Part shown: positions 23,398 to 34,680 of the stretch, piece after piece
Position numbering within the stretch: the first letter of the stretch is position 1
Layout: each line of letters opens with the position of its first letter
Source of the DNA: Octopus bimaculoides
Lineage: Eukaryota
Direction of reading: 5' to 3'
NCBI RefSeq assembly: GCF_001194135.2
Contig: NC_069003.1
Location: 14,545,089-14,585,300 of the forward strand
Length of the DNA: 40,212 bases
Position numbers and translations under genes: made by a program
The notes under the pieces: generated by a model
The model's input: only the letters and a program-made list of their open reading frames with translations
Databases searched by the model: none
Told to the model about the DNA's origin: nothing

Positions 23398-23801
23398 TTG
23401 AGGAGTATGTTAGAGTTCATGGTGTGAGAGATGCAGGAGAAACAATTAGTGGATATATTAATGCATATGGTGGTATAAGAATAGCATTAGGTAAAGTTAG
23501 TCTTACATTTTAGTTCAAGTCGTGTTAGTCTTCCTGGAAGGGGAGGTAGGGTGGGTGCTATTTAAGCTCGTAGTTCCGATTTTAATCAGACGCATTACGC
23601 ACGTGTTGTTTTTAGAATTGAGGTGTGTGTCGTTTACTTCTAGCACCGGCGGTGTTAGCAAAGGGGAGTAACCCTAAGTTTTGGTGAAGAGGGAGCTAAC
23701 TCTGATCTTATTAATATTGAATTATAATTAATTATACTTAGAAAAGGTAAATTCTTTTTTACATATTTAATTATACTTAGGAAGTGGAATGTATTACATA
23801 T

Positions 23802-24230
23802 TTAATTATACTTAGAGAATGCGTATTTAGTAGCATGTAGCCAAATTGAGCTACGTTCATATCTTATGTTTAAGAGATCATTACTAGCCGTTAGTGTTTT
23901 GAGGCGTTCAGTTACACAGAGGTCACAGCGTCTGTTAGTTGGGTTATAAGAATTAGCTACTTTTAGTATGTGCCACTTTAGTTTATATTCTATCTTATTG
24001 TCCTTTAGTTCCCAGATATAGCTTCTAAGTCTTGTTGAATTTGCCTTTTTTCTATTTCTAAAGCTAGATTGGTGCTCATTATATCTGAGGCGTATTTGGT
24101 TTTTCGTAGCGCCAATGTAAGATCTAATATGGCTGTTTGTGTGTACGTCGCATTGGTAAACTATATTTTCGGTCTTACATCTATTGGAGAAATTATATTT
24201 GTTCCTATCTCTACAGTTACATAGATTGTA
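23802..24230 (-). pseudogene. PLE GIY-YIG endonuclease domain (frameshifted)
   Basis: CNCRDRNK...CKTENIVYQCDV...RSYIGATKNQIRLRYNEHQSSFRN, then after a frameshift NSYNPTNRRCDLCVTER...ATKYAFSKYN-stop at 23802-23804. Confidence 0.9.
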
Positions 24231-25056
24231 AGGGGTGTCTATGTCTGTGTGTTGTTGCGTGACCCTATTGTTTTTTGTTGTTGTGTGTCTCTCCTAATAA
24301 GGGGTGTTGGATTAGGGTTGGAGTTAGTTCTATTAGTTGGACGGTTGTTAGTTTGGTTGTTCGTGGTCTTTCTAGCTGTATAGAATGCGTCTATTTTATT
24401 ATTATTAAGAGATGCTATTATGGTAGCTAAGTTGCATGCCAGGCTGTGGCCTATTCTTATTTTGTTCTTAAATATTCCTGCGTATTTATTATTTACATTG
24501 AGATGTTTATCTATTATGTTCATTAATGAACGGATTATGTTAGATTTGAGATTCATGTTGTACGGAATAATTAGCTAGATCGTATCCTTATTGTTCTTAT
24601 TGTTATTACGGCCATGTCTAGTATAGAACCTGCCATCATAACTGGGAAGGCTATTGAATTTTCTTTATGGCTATCTAATTTATTTCTATAGTTAGGTTTA
24701 TTTTTGATGTGCCTTATCGATTTTTGCTGTGTTAGTATTGTTAGGTATTTGCGGGCCCGATGTATGGTTTATTTTAGTCTGCTGGGTCTCGCTGTTATGG
24801 ATTAATATTGATTATGTTCAGGTTGCTATTGTATTTCTACTCCGTTATGTTAATAGCCTTATTAGTCCTAGTAGTATTGTTGGTATTGGTGTTTACACTG
24901 TTGTTGGTATTTTTGGTGTTATATGGTTTGGCTTTGGGATCTTTTGTATTTCTATTACTTATATTATCTTTATCTGTGTCATTCATATTGTTAGTGTGGT
25001 TTGCAGCAGTGTTTGGTGTATTATTAGTGTATGTGTTTCTAGCGTTTAGATTCCCT

Positions 25057-26052
25057 TTATTTGGGTCTTTTTTTGTGGTTATTGGGTTCTATGAATTTAA
25101 TTTTATGGTTGAATCCTGCTCTATGTAGTGTGATGTTATAGGTTTCCTTATGCTTATTAAAAATATCTTCGTTAGAGGAGAGGTGTGATATCCTATTGCT
25201 TATACTATGTACTAAGCCTTTCTTAAGGAATAGCGGGTGGTTACTGAATGCGTTTATGTATTTCAGGTTAGTGTTTGGCTTTATGTAAGGTTCATGGAGT
25301 CCTGTGGCTAGGTTGCAATTGGCGTCTAAGTAGTTTATGGAGGTGTGTTCATTTTCTATAGAAATGGCTAGTCCAAATCTTTTGAAGAATTTATGTAAGT
25401 TTTTCTTGATGAGTTCAAGTTTCCTATTAGAGGGATTTTTAACTACGAACAGCGCGTCGTCCCTGTATAAACCACCTTTGAGATCTAGGAATTCCTCCTG
25501 TATGCAAGAAAGCAAATATATGCCCAGTAAGTCTGTTATCTGAGCTGAATCCAGGGCTGCCATGATGATATCGAAGGAGTTTGGGGAGTCTTTACGGACC
25601 CAGAGCTTATTATCAAAACTTATAATAGATTTCCTTGCTTCAAGTATTACATTAATTTCTTTCCTAGTTAGATGACAGTGGTTTTTGGCGAATATTAGAG
25701 CACTATTTAAGATCGTGGGGTTAATTGAGGAGTAGTAGTCTACTATGTCTATCTGTATCAATTTGTAGTTATTAGTGTTCGGTATTTTGGAGAACCAGTT
25801 TAGGGCTTCGTATGTGTTGGACCATAATTCGAGGGAGAGTCTACTTTTTAGCGTAGGGATGTACTTATCTAGTATTAGTTTACTTAATTTGCATAGGTCT
25901 GATCTATTTGGGCATATTAATCTAACTTTAGTGTATGTAAGGAAGTTAGGTTTATGGTCTTTTAGAGTGATTCTAGGTCTAAGTGGTATAAATGGCTCAG
26001 TTTTTTCGGCTAAGTTATAGTCTAACATGATGTCCTTGGCTGCTAAGTTCAT
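25057..26052 (-). CDS. Penelope-like reverse transcriptase (part of a disrupted RT-EN polyprotein)
   Basis: 331-aa ORF with ITLKDHKPNF, RLICPNRSDL, IQIDIVDYYSSI, FDIIMAALDSAQITDLLGIYLL, GLYRDD, INYLD and SNHP. Coding sequence continues upstream into the gap. Confidence 0.9.
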   Translation of the reverse strand: MNLAAKDIMLDYNLAEKTEPFIPLRPRITLKDHKPNFLTYTKVRLICPNRSDLCKLSKLILDKYIPTLKSRLSLELWSNTYEALNWFSKIPNTNNYKLIQIDIVDYYSSINPTILNSALIFAKNHCHLTRKEINVILEARKSIISFDNKLWVRKDSPNSFDIIMAALDSAQITDLLGIYLLSCIQEEFLDLKGGLYRDDALFVVKNPSNRKLELIKKNLHKFFKRFGLAISIENEHTSINYLDANCNLATGLHEPYIKPNTNLKYINAFSNHPLFLKKGLVHSISNRISHLSSNEDIFNKHKETYNITLHRAGFNHKIKFIEPNNHKKRPK

Positions 26053-26351
26053 GGACCGTAAGGTGCTATCTGGTGCTACTTTATATTTTTTTGTTATTTC
26101 TTTGTGTAGCAGTTGGTGGNNNNNNNNNNNNNNNNNNNNNNNNNNNNNNNNNNNNNNNNNNNNNNNNNNNNNNNNNNNNNNNNNNNNNNNNNNNNNNNNN
26201 NNNNNNNNNNNNNNNNNNNNNNNNNNNNNNNNNNNNNNNNNNNNNNNNNNNNNNNNNNNNNNNNNNNNNNNNNNNNNNNNNNNNNNNNNNNNNNNNNNNN
26301 NNNNNNNNNNNNNNNNNNNNNNNNNNNNNNNNNNNNNNNNNNNNNNNTATA

Positions 26352-27365
26352 TATTTCAAAATTAAGACAATCAAAGTTTCTTTTTAATCTAGAATATACT
26401 CTCCTTCATTTTCTACAATGCTCTTCCATCTATCTGGTAGACGTGCAAGACCCCTCTTCCACAATTCAGTTGTCTGTGAGGGAAAATGCTCTTACAGATT
26501 TGTTCTGACCTTGACTACAGAATTCATAGTTTTCGTCCAAATGATTTTGAAGACTGCGGAATAAATAATAATCAGATGGAGCAATGTCCGCCGAATATGG
26601 TGGGCGAGGCATTGTTTCAAACTAGTCCAGCTATTTTCGCTATATGTGGCCGACCATTATGCTGATGGAAGAACACCTTCCGTCTTGAAAGCAAGGATGG
26701 TCATTTTCTGGTGGTGACTTAAACCAGTCAAGCTCTTCATAGTAGACTTTTGTTTGGTTTGAGTTTAAATGTTCAGTGGACTAAACTTTCATATCCAATC
26801 AAACAAATAACAAAACCTTACGTGCGTGAAGACATCCTTTAGCCTGGGGTGCCGATGTTTCTCCTTTCCCTATCCACTGTCTTCGGCGGTAGACATTCTT
26901 CATTAGTCGGTCCAAAATCAAGGTTCCTTCGTGAGACTTGGCATCAAAGAAGAGCACACATTAACTCTCTGTAAGCGATTAGACGCGGAAAGTCTGTGAG
27001 GAACTCATTGACCCAATTTGCTGACTTATCCGATGTCACGCAGGTGTCAATGAATGGTTGAATAACCAAATCCAGGCTTCTCTCCTCTTTCCTCAACAGG
27101 TACGATGGTATTTTGTTTCACCAGAGTTTGTAGGACGTCATCGTCGAACTGCACAGATCTTCCAGGTCAAGGCTTGTCTTCTAGGCTGTAGTTTCCAGCT
27201 CGGAATTTCTGGAACCACCGTTAACACTGGCTTACGCTTATTGTCCAGTCCTCGTATACTGCATTAATATTCCTCGCACTTTCCGTTGCGTCGTTGCCTT
27301 TATTGAACTCGTATAGTAAAATACACCGAATATGCTCCTTCGTCACTTCCATTATAGCTTTTGAA
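26352..27365 (-). mobile_element. mariner element remnant; transposase pseudogene at 26384-27352
   Basis: MEVTKEHIRCILLYEFNKGNDATESARNINAVY...PPYSADIAPSDYYLFRSLQNHL...RWKSIVENEGEYILD-stop. Same family as 36217-37921. Confidence 0.92.
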
Positions 27366-27462
27366 TAAGACTCTTGCCCAAGGTGCCACGTAGTGGGACT
27401 GAACCCGGAACCATGTAATTCGGAAGCAGGCTTCTTACCACACAGGCACTCCTGCATGATCA
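27366..27462 (-). mobile_element. SINE family B head adjoining the mariner 5' UTR
   Basis: TTGCCCAAGGTGCCACGTAGTGGGACTGAACCCGGAACCATG. Confidence 0.8.
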
Positions 27463-27734
27463 TAATACTTATGAGTCTCGCTGCCTGCTTTCTTTCTCGA
27501 AGGACAAACGACACACGCACACACAGGCGCGCACATACACGCACGCACACACAGGCGCGCACATACACGCACGCGCGCACAGAAACGTTTCTTGATTTAT
27601 GCGTATACGAAATTATTGCATTCAGCCAGTGTATATACCGTACGATTACAGGAAAATTCAATTATGTTCTACATACCGGTAAATTAACACTTGATCTCTC
27701 TACACAAAGCTATTTATTAAGTTGAATGCGTGTA

Positions 27735-27870
27735 CATGTGTGTGTGTGGTGTGTGTATGTGTGTGGTGTGTGTATGTGTGTGGTGTGTGTATGTGTGTGG
27801 TGTGTGTATGTGTGTGGTGTGTGTATGTGTGTGGTGTGTGTATGTGTGTGGTGTGTGTATGTGTGTGTGT
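27735..27870. repeat. 17-bp minisatellite (GTGTGTGTATGTGTGTG) x ~7
   Basis: Regular period-17 variant of (TG)n. ORF translations repeat every 17 aa. Confidence 0.85.
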
Positions 27871-28174
27871 GTATACATACATATGTATGCATATGTGTGT
27901 GAATGTGTCCGCGCGCGTGTGTGTGTGTGTGTGCATGCGTGTGAGTAACTCTAAACTCATTCGACGTCATTTGCAAAGGTGTGAGTTTTTGTGCCTGTGT
28001 GTGATGTGTGGTTGGGTGTATTCATTATGAAGCGAGTTTGTCTGTCTCTATATCACACTATATACATGCATACACATATACACGCCCACACACATAAGTG
28101 TATATATATATTTGACTACATACATACATGCATATATATATAAACATATATTGACACACACACATATATTTCAG

Positions 28175-28223
<49 letters not shown>

Positions 28224-29117
28224 ATTTCATACATACATACATAGATACATACATACATAATTATAAATATTTAATTTTAAATATATATTTATATTTAAAT
28301 ATCTATAAACATATATNNNNNNNNNNNNNNNNNNNNNNNNNNNNNNNNNNNNNNNNNNNNNNNNNNNNNNNNNNNNNNNNNNNNNNNNNNNNNNNNNATA
28401 TGTATGTATGTATATATCTTTGTATAAATAATTATATCAATACACGTTCACTCATTTCTAGGCGTGCGTGGACATGTGCATGTGTGTGTGTGTGTGTGCT
28501 TGTGCATGTTTCTGTAGGTGGAGATGACATATTGGCCTAATATCAGATTGTTGGAATCCGAAATTACCAAAAATTGGGTTACAGATTAGACGTGTTGGAA
28601 CTTTTCCAGTCAAAGACCAGGAAACACTTACAAAAGCCACCTGTCAGTTGAAGGACAATTTCCAGGGGGGATTTCGCCATTTTTATTGATACAGTGGCAG
28701 CCATGATTAAAATTCATATAAGTATATATACATACATACATGCATACATACATACATACATACATACATACATACATACATACATACATACACATATATN
28801 NNNNNNNNNNNNNNNNNNNNNNNNNNNNNNNNNNNNNNNNNNNNNNNNNNNNNNNNNNNNNNNNNNNNNNNNNNNNNNNNNNNNNNNNNNNNNNNNNNNN
28901 NNNNNNNNNNNNNNNNNNNNNNNNNNNNNNNNNNNNNNNNNNNNNNNNNNNNNNNNNNNNNNNNNNNNNNNNNNNNNNNNNNNNNNNNNNNNNNNNNNNN
29001 NNNNNNNNNNNNNNNNNNNNNNNNNNNNNNNNNNNNNNNNNNNNNNNNNNNNNNNNNNNNNNNNNNNNNNNNNNNNNNNNNNNNNNGTAACAAACTGTAG
29101 AATATCTTTCCGCTTAA

Positions 29118-29119
<2 letters not shown>

Positions 29120-29165
<46 letters not shown>

Positions 29166-29295
29166 TGTCTCTGTCCCTGTCTCTGTCTCTGTCTCTGTCT
29201 CTCTCTCTTTCTCTCTGTGTCTCTTTCTCTCTCTCTCTATGTCTCTGTCTCTCTGTCTCTCTGTCCCTCTGTCTCTCTGTCTCTGTCTCTCTCAA
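29120..29295. repeat. (CT)n/(CTGT)n microsatellite
   Basis: Direct runs. Confidence 0.9.
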
Positions 29296-29593
29296 TCACT
29301 CTCTCCGCCAACCTTTTTCTCTCTCCCTCAATATCGTTTCCCATTTCCCCTTCCTCCACCCCCTTACTAATAGTTCGGACAACCGACATTATATTCAAAG
29401 ATGAACACATATGAAGAATCTGTCTTACAAATTGGATCCTTTTCCAATATTGCTGCCGCAAATGGATGAAAAATTGCTCTTTGATGTATACGAATGGCTT
29501 TTCTGTTCAGGCATAATTGTTTTGTTCCCCTTTTAAAGGTTTCACACTTCCTCTTTATTCCCGTTTTTGTATGTTTTTATATATTTCCAATAT

Positions 29594-29651
29594 TTCATTA
29601 TTATTATTATTATTATCATTATTATTATTATTATCATCACCATCATCATCA

Positions 29652-29709
<58 letters not shown>

Positions 29710-29751
29710 CATCGTCATCATCATCATCATCATCGTCGTCATCATCATCAA

Positions 29752-29784
<33 letters not shown>

Positions 29785-29818
29785 TATTATTATTATTATT
29801 ATTATTACTATTATTATT
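29594..29818. repeat. Compound (ATT)/(ATC)/(GTC) microsatellite
   Basis: In-phase triplet blocks. Confidence 0.95.
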
Positions 29819-30035
29819 AAGGCAGTGAAATGGCAGAACCGTAAGCACAACGGACAAAATGCTTAGCTGCATTTCGTCCGTCTTTACGTTCTGAGTTCAA
29901 ATTACGCCGAGGTCGACTTTGCCTTTCATCCTTTCGGGGTCAATAAATTAAGTACCAGTGAAACAGTGGGTTCAATCTTATCAGATAGACCCAACCCAAC
30001 AAAATTTCATGCCTTGTGTCTTTAGTAGAGATGGC
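29819..30035 (+). mobile_element. SINE family A copy
   Basis: AAGGCAGTGAAATGGCAGAA...GAGTTCAAATT...TTTGCCTTTCATCCTTTCGGGGTC. ATT flanks. Confidence 0.85.
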
Positions 30036-30048
30036 TATTATTATTATT

Positions 30049-30257
30049 AAGGTCGCAAGCGAGTAGAACTGTTAGCACACCAGATAGAATGGTTAATGGT
30101 GTCTGATCATGAAGTTCTGATTTCAAATACCACCGAGGACGATTTGCCGTTCATCCTTTCGGGGTCGATGAAATAAGGACTAGTTGAACACTGGGGTCAA
30201 TGTAATCGACTTATCCCCTCTCTCCAAATTGCTGGTTTGTACCAACATTGGAAACCA
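30049..30257 (+). mobile_element. SINE family A copy (older)
   Basis: Degenerate head plus TTCATCCTTTCGGGGTCGATG core. (ATT)n tail. Confidence 0.8.
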
Positions 30258-30287
30258 TTATTATTATTATCATTATTGTTATTTTAA

Positions 30288-30331
<44 letters not shown>

Positions 30332-30641
30332 GAGTGAGAGAGCAGTGCATGCCATCAAAGTGACACTGGGGTAAAATATACGAAGCCCATTATACCCACC
30401 ATGACTACCCGTCTGATAATGTTAGACCAGGCACATGAAACAAAGCCATGTGTGCGCGACATGGTGATCTCATACCAAGATAAACAGCGCATGACCTTGC
30501 AGGTGAGGCCCAGGTAGGATTTTTTTGAGGCGGAGTTGGTTAAGGATATTGAACGAAACCACCATGTTTCCAAAGATGAATTATCCAAATCTACCTGGCT
30601 ATGGTGCTCCACCACTACTTCTGGTATTGTATCAGGGCATT
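30332..30641 (-). mobile_element. Element X, internally deleted copy
   Basis: Reverse match to ~590-919 joined to the ~20-bp X 5' terminus (CTGGTATTGTATCAGGGCATTT). ATT flanks on the plus strand. Confidence 0.75.
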
Positions 30642-30667
30642 TATTATTATTTATTGTTATTATTTTT

Positions 30668-30705
<38 letters not shown>

Positions 30706-30837
30706 TATTATTTTTAAAATACTTAATGTATACACTCTGTTCTGCGGCCAGTTATTGTAGTATTTCTCCGCCTATTATGGGGTTCCCTTTTTAAGGAAAT
30801 CGTCAGAGAGAGATAGAGAAGGGTAGAGAAATAAAGG

Positions 30838-30930
30838 AAGAGAGAGAGAGAGAGAAGAAAGAGAGAGGAGAGAGATAAAGAGAGAGAGAGAAGAAGAGAG
30901 AGAGAGAGAAGAAGAGAGAGAGAGAGAGGT
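30838..30930. repeat. (GA)n-rich purine tract
   Basis: Direct. Confidence 0.9.
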
Positions 30931-31289
30931 GGGGAGAGAAGAAAATCTTTTCCCTCAGCGGGCAACAAGAGCAACAGAAGCATTTAGGATTTTTAAAGCT
31001 TTTTCAATGGTGAAGTACCAAGTGACAACATGGTCATGAGTGTGAAGTATTTATCGGCTTAACGAAACAATAAAAGCATTCTCCCATTTTCTCATGCGTA
31101 TAAATCAATGAACCTTCAAAGTCACGACGGCGCATGCGCATCAATCCAATCTTACAAACATCGATACAAAATATCATTCACACACACACACATATGTGTA
31201 CACACACGCAGACACAGGCACACATACATACGTTCACAAAAACATCCATGCAATACAAAAATGCATATGCACATATATACATACATACA

Positions 31290-31300
31290 TGATGATGATG

Positions 31301-31355
<55 letters not shown>

Positions 31356-31410
31356 CGACGACGACGATGATGATGATGATAATCATCATCCTCATCATCA
31401 TCTTCATCAT
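31290..31410. repeat. (GAT)n/(CAT)n microsatellite
   Basis: Direct. Confidence 0.9.
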
Positions 31411-31484
31411 CATTCGGTCGGGCTACCTTCCCGAGCCAATGCAAGTCTTCCACGGCAGATTTCCCGATTGAGGATGAATGTCTG

Positions 31485-31690
31485 GTAGACTAATTAGCAC
31501 ACCGGACAAAAAGCTTAGCGGCATTTTGTATGCCTTGACGTTCTCAGAAAAAGCCCCGCCGAAGTCCACTATGTCATTCATCCTTTCGGGGACGTTAAAA
31601 TAAGTGTCACTGGAGCACCGGGTTTAATGTCATCGACTTATCCTCTCCTCCAGACTTGCTGGCCTTTTGCCAACATTTGGAACTAATTAT
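31485..31690 (+). mobile_element. SINE family A copy (old)
   Basis: TTAGCACACCGG...GCTTAGCGGCATTT...TTCATCCTTTCGGGG. Confidence 0.7.
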
Positions 31691-31775
31691 TTTTATTGTT
31701 TCATAAACGCCCAACAGATTAGACTGTTGCAAAAGATCCATTCCTAACATCGAACAGCAACAAATAATCTTAAGA

Positions 31776-32830
31776 ATTATTATCCTTTTTAACTCAGGTT
31801 TTTTTGGGACTCCTGGAGTCTTGCATGCATAGCGGACTTGCTACCTGCAGCTTACGTTACCATGCTATCTCTTCTTTTCAACTATCTAATACTTTCCTCA
31901 TAATTCTAGCCGTGCCAAGGAGGTAAAACTTTTGTAACAGTTCTACTGGGCACTCAATTCCTATTTCCTTTATATTGCTCTTGATGTTTTATGATACTGT
32001 CTCCGACGATCCAACAATAATTGGAACTATCTTCATCTTCTTCGGTTTCCATAGCCAGTTTATTTCGTACTTAAGAGAATTGTATATGTCTTTTTTCTCA
32101 CATTCCTTCATGACTATTCATGGATCAAAGGGGCACACAGCATCAATTATATATCACATGTGCTACGCCTTGCCCACCACCACTAGGTTCGGTTTGTTAT
32201 GCTGTAGCACCTGATCTGTTTGGGTTCGGAAATCCACAGGATTTTGCAGGCCTTCGACTCCGTTCCACTCTGTGGATTGTGCTTATACCACGTCTTGCTT
32301 CTTTCTAGATCACCATTGTTCTCATAGTTTCCAATGTAACACTTTCATTACTTCATCGTATCGCCACAACCTTTAATGGTTTTAGGCAAATGTAAGGCTT
32401 TCTTTCACGATGTGGGAAATGGTTTCGTCTACTGTATTTCAGACGCCGCGCAGCATAGACTCTTGCTCATTGCTAAACTCCTGCTCTGCTAGTATGGTGC
32501 TCTCAGTCTCCTATCTCAATGCTCCTTTCTTCAGTCAATCCTACCTATGTTTTTCAGCAACTTCACTTGTGCAGTCACTTGTTGTGTAGTGCTGCTTCAT
32601 GTCCATTTTGCACGTCTTGTTTTGTTTTTCCCTTTTTCTTGGCTTTCAGTACTCTCTCATTCCTAACTGGCACTAGCAAAGTTTCCTTGCTTTGGGATAG
32701 GTATCTCAGTAAGTTCCCGAGTTCGATACGTAAGTAGTTTTCCACATTTGTCAGTCCCTTTCCTCCATTTGCTCGTTTCATGTATTGGCGATCAGTGAGA
32801 GCCGCTGCCTGGTACTGCATCAGGGCATTT
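31776..32830 (-). mobile_element. R4/Dong-type 3' fragment 3 capped by the 35-bp 5' end of element X
   Basis: DRQYMKRANGGKGLTNVE, LKKGALR.ETESTILAEQ, DETISHIV, QTDQVLQHNKPNLVVV, LGTARIMRKVLDS-stop at 31878-31880. Short AAT tail. Confidence 0.8.
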
Positions 32831-33184
32831 ATTATTATTCGGGGTGGGGGGCACCACTGATTCAAGATAAACTCTACAGGCTCGGATCTGCTGTCAGATG
32901 TCACTTGCTCTTGGAGTTCAGAGATCTTGAACAATGGGGTACCTCGAATATCCTTAGAGATCATCCTCTATCAGGAGGACTACATCTTTATCATCCCCTA
33001 TTTTTGTTTGTATACTATGTATATTTCCCTTTCTTTTCACTGTATACCGTTATACTTAATCTTTTATATTATTTTTATTTATTTGTTTTATCATTTCATT
33101 ATATGTAAACCCTACGCTTTATGTCTATTTTGTACTGACCCCCTCCTCCTTCAGCCCGCTGGCAAATAACTGAAATCATCATCC

Positions 33185-33234
<50 letters not shown>

Positions 33235-33369
33235 GTTGTTATTATTATTATTTACTTTTAATCTGCATGTTTACTACAATCATTTGCCGAGAAACACCCA
33301 TCGTCCTAGGGCGAGTGGAGGAAAAGAAATGTTACATTATGACTTAAAGCTTGGAGAGGNNNNNNNNNN

Positions 33370-33745
33370 TTATGTAATACAACCCAGACGTTCAAATGAA
33401 TGTAGTTTTTCTAACGATGTGGGCAATACTTTTCAGCACAATCTCTTGGATTTCTCTGAGACATGGTTCTCTTGGGATATTATCTAAATGTTTCTGACAT
33501 CCCTTTTTTTTTTTTATCATAATTCGAGTATCCACAATAGCAGGAACACTTCTCGCCTTAAGATGCCACATCTTTTGTATTTCAGTTTCCAGGTCCTGAT
33601 ATTTATTTAATTTGTCAAATTCCTTTACAGATTTATTTTTATCCGTGCGAACACTTACATCTATTAGTTTGCAACTATTTTCTCCCCAGTCTTTAATGAC
33701 TATGTCTGGTCGATTAACCTGGATCGTTCTGTCAGTTTTGACTTC
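33370..33745 (-). mobile_element. R4/Dong-type RLE 3' fragment 4
   Basis: KTDRTIQVNRPDIVIKD...LIDVSV...KLNKYQDLETEIQKMWHLK...IQEIVLKSIAHIVRK (PD..D-K endonuclease). Confidence 0.85.
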
Positions 33746-33756
33746 TTATTATTATT

Positions 33757-33803
33757 GTGTGAGAGAACAGTGAATGCCATCAAAGTCACACTGGAAGCCC
33801 TAT
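33757..33803 (-). mobile_element. Element X 3'-terminal remnant
   Basis: GTGTGAGAGAACAGTGAATGCCATCAAAGTCACACTGG matches 30332-30368. Confidence 0.7.
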
Positions 33804-33863
<60 letters not shown>

Positions 33864-33880
33864 TATTATTATTATTATTA

Positions 33881-34570
33881 TATGTTTGACTTTTGCTTTG
33901 CATTTGCACAAGTTGGATCCAAGTCTCACCCAGAGACCTCAAGAGACAACAAGTTAGAAGTTCAGGTAGGTGTTATGCCTAGGGTACCATATATTTCGAT
34001 TTTTACATAGTGTTGTTCTAGAGAATGTTTAAGAAACCATAAGAAATTATGTGTTTGTTTTAAAATTTGAGATCGAATAGACAGTATTTTACGTAGGATA
34101 TGGGCAGTTCCCATGAGCACTATCTTTTTGAACTTTAGCCATTTTGGGGTTTCCCGGTATCTGAGCTAGGTAGTAATCAGCCCGTTTCGCTGTCATTCCC
34201 AGGGCACCTATGACAATAGGTATTGTTTTAGTCTTCAAATTCCACATTTTGCTAATTTCTATTTCAAGATCTTTATATTTGCTCAGTTTTTGGTAGGTCT
34301 TGACAGATACGTTTATATCGATTGGGACAGTCATATGAATGAGGAGGCATGATTTTTGTCTGAAGTCTTTCAGTATGATGTCTGGCCTATTTGCATCTAT
34401 CTTTCTGTCAGTTTGAATGGCTAAGTTCCAGAGGAGTTCGATGTGATCATTTTCAAGTACTGGGGGTGGTTTGTGTTCCTACCAGTTTTTATCATGGGGC
34501 AAGTCCAGGTTTTTGCAAATTACCCAGTGAATATATTGTGCAGCTCTATCATGCCTGTTGAGATACTCTG
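33881..34570 (-). mobile_element. R4/Dong-type 3' fragment 5 (same subfamily as 1935-3080)
   Basis: EYLNRHDRAAQYIHWV...NRPDII...MTVPIDINVSVKTYQKLSKYKDLEIEISKMWNLKTKTIPIVIGALG. The 3' UTR matches 2890-3080. TAA arrays on both sides. Confidence 0.92.
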
Positions 34571-34587
34571 TATTATTATTATAATTA

Positions 34588-34678
<91 letters not shown>
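34571..34678. repeat. (ATT)n microsatellite
   Basis: Direct run. Confidence 0.95.

Positions 34679-34680
<2 letters not shown>

Larger units (their letters stand above)
23300..26119 (-). mobile_element. Penelope-like element (Naiad-type), near-complete, PLE-1; 5' end lost in gap
   Basis: RT ORF, linker (LIIPYNMNLKSNIIRSLMNIIDKHL...GHS), CNCR plus GIY-YIG (NIVYQC...SYIGAT...RYNEHQSSF...YIWELKD...RCDLCVTER), tail and hammerhead. Confidence 0.93.

Noticed and set aside
23802-24230. Possible selenoprotein Naiad (UGA at Cys positions)
   Set aside because: The CNCR and CDLC cysteines here, and CGPC in PLE-2, use TGT/TGC. I saw no in-frame TGA at conserved Cys positions.
28500-28720. Candidate exon after TTTCTGTAG (VEMTYWPNIRLL...)
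   Set aside because: There are early stops in all frames and no recognisable homology.
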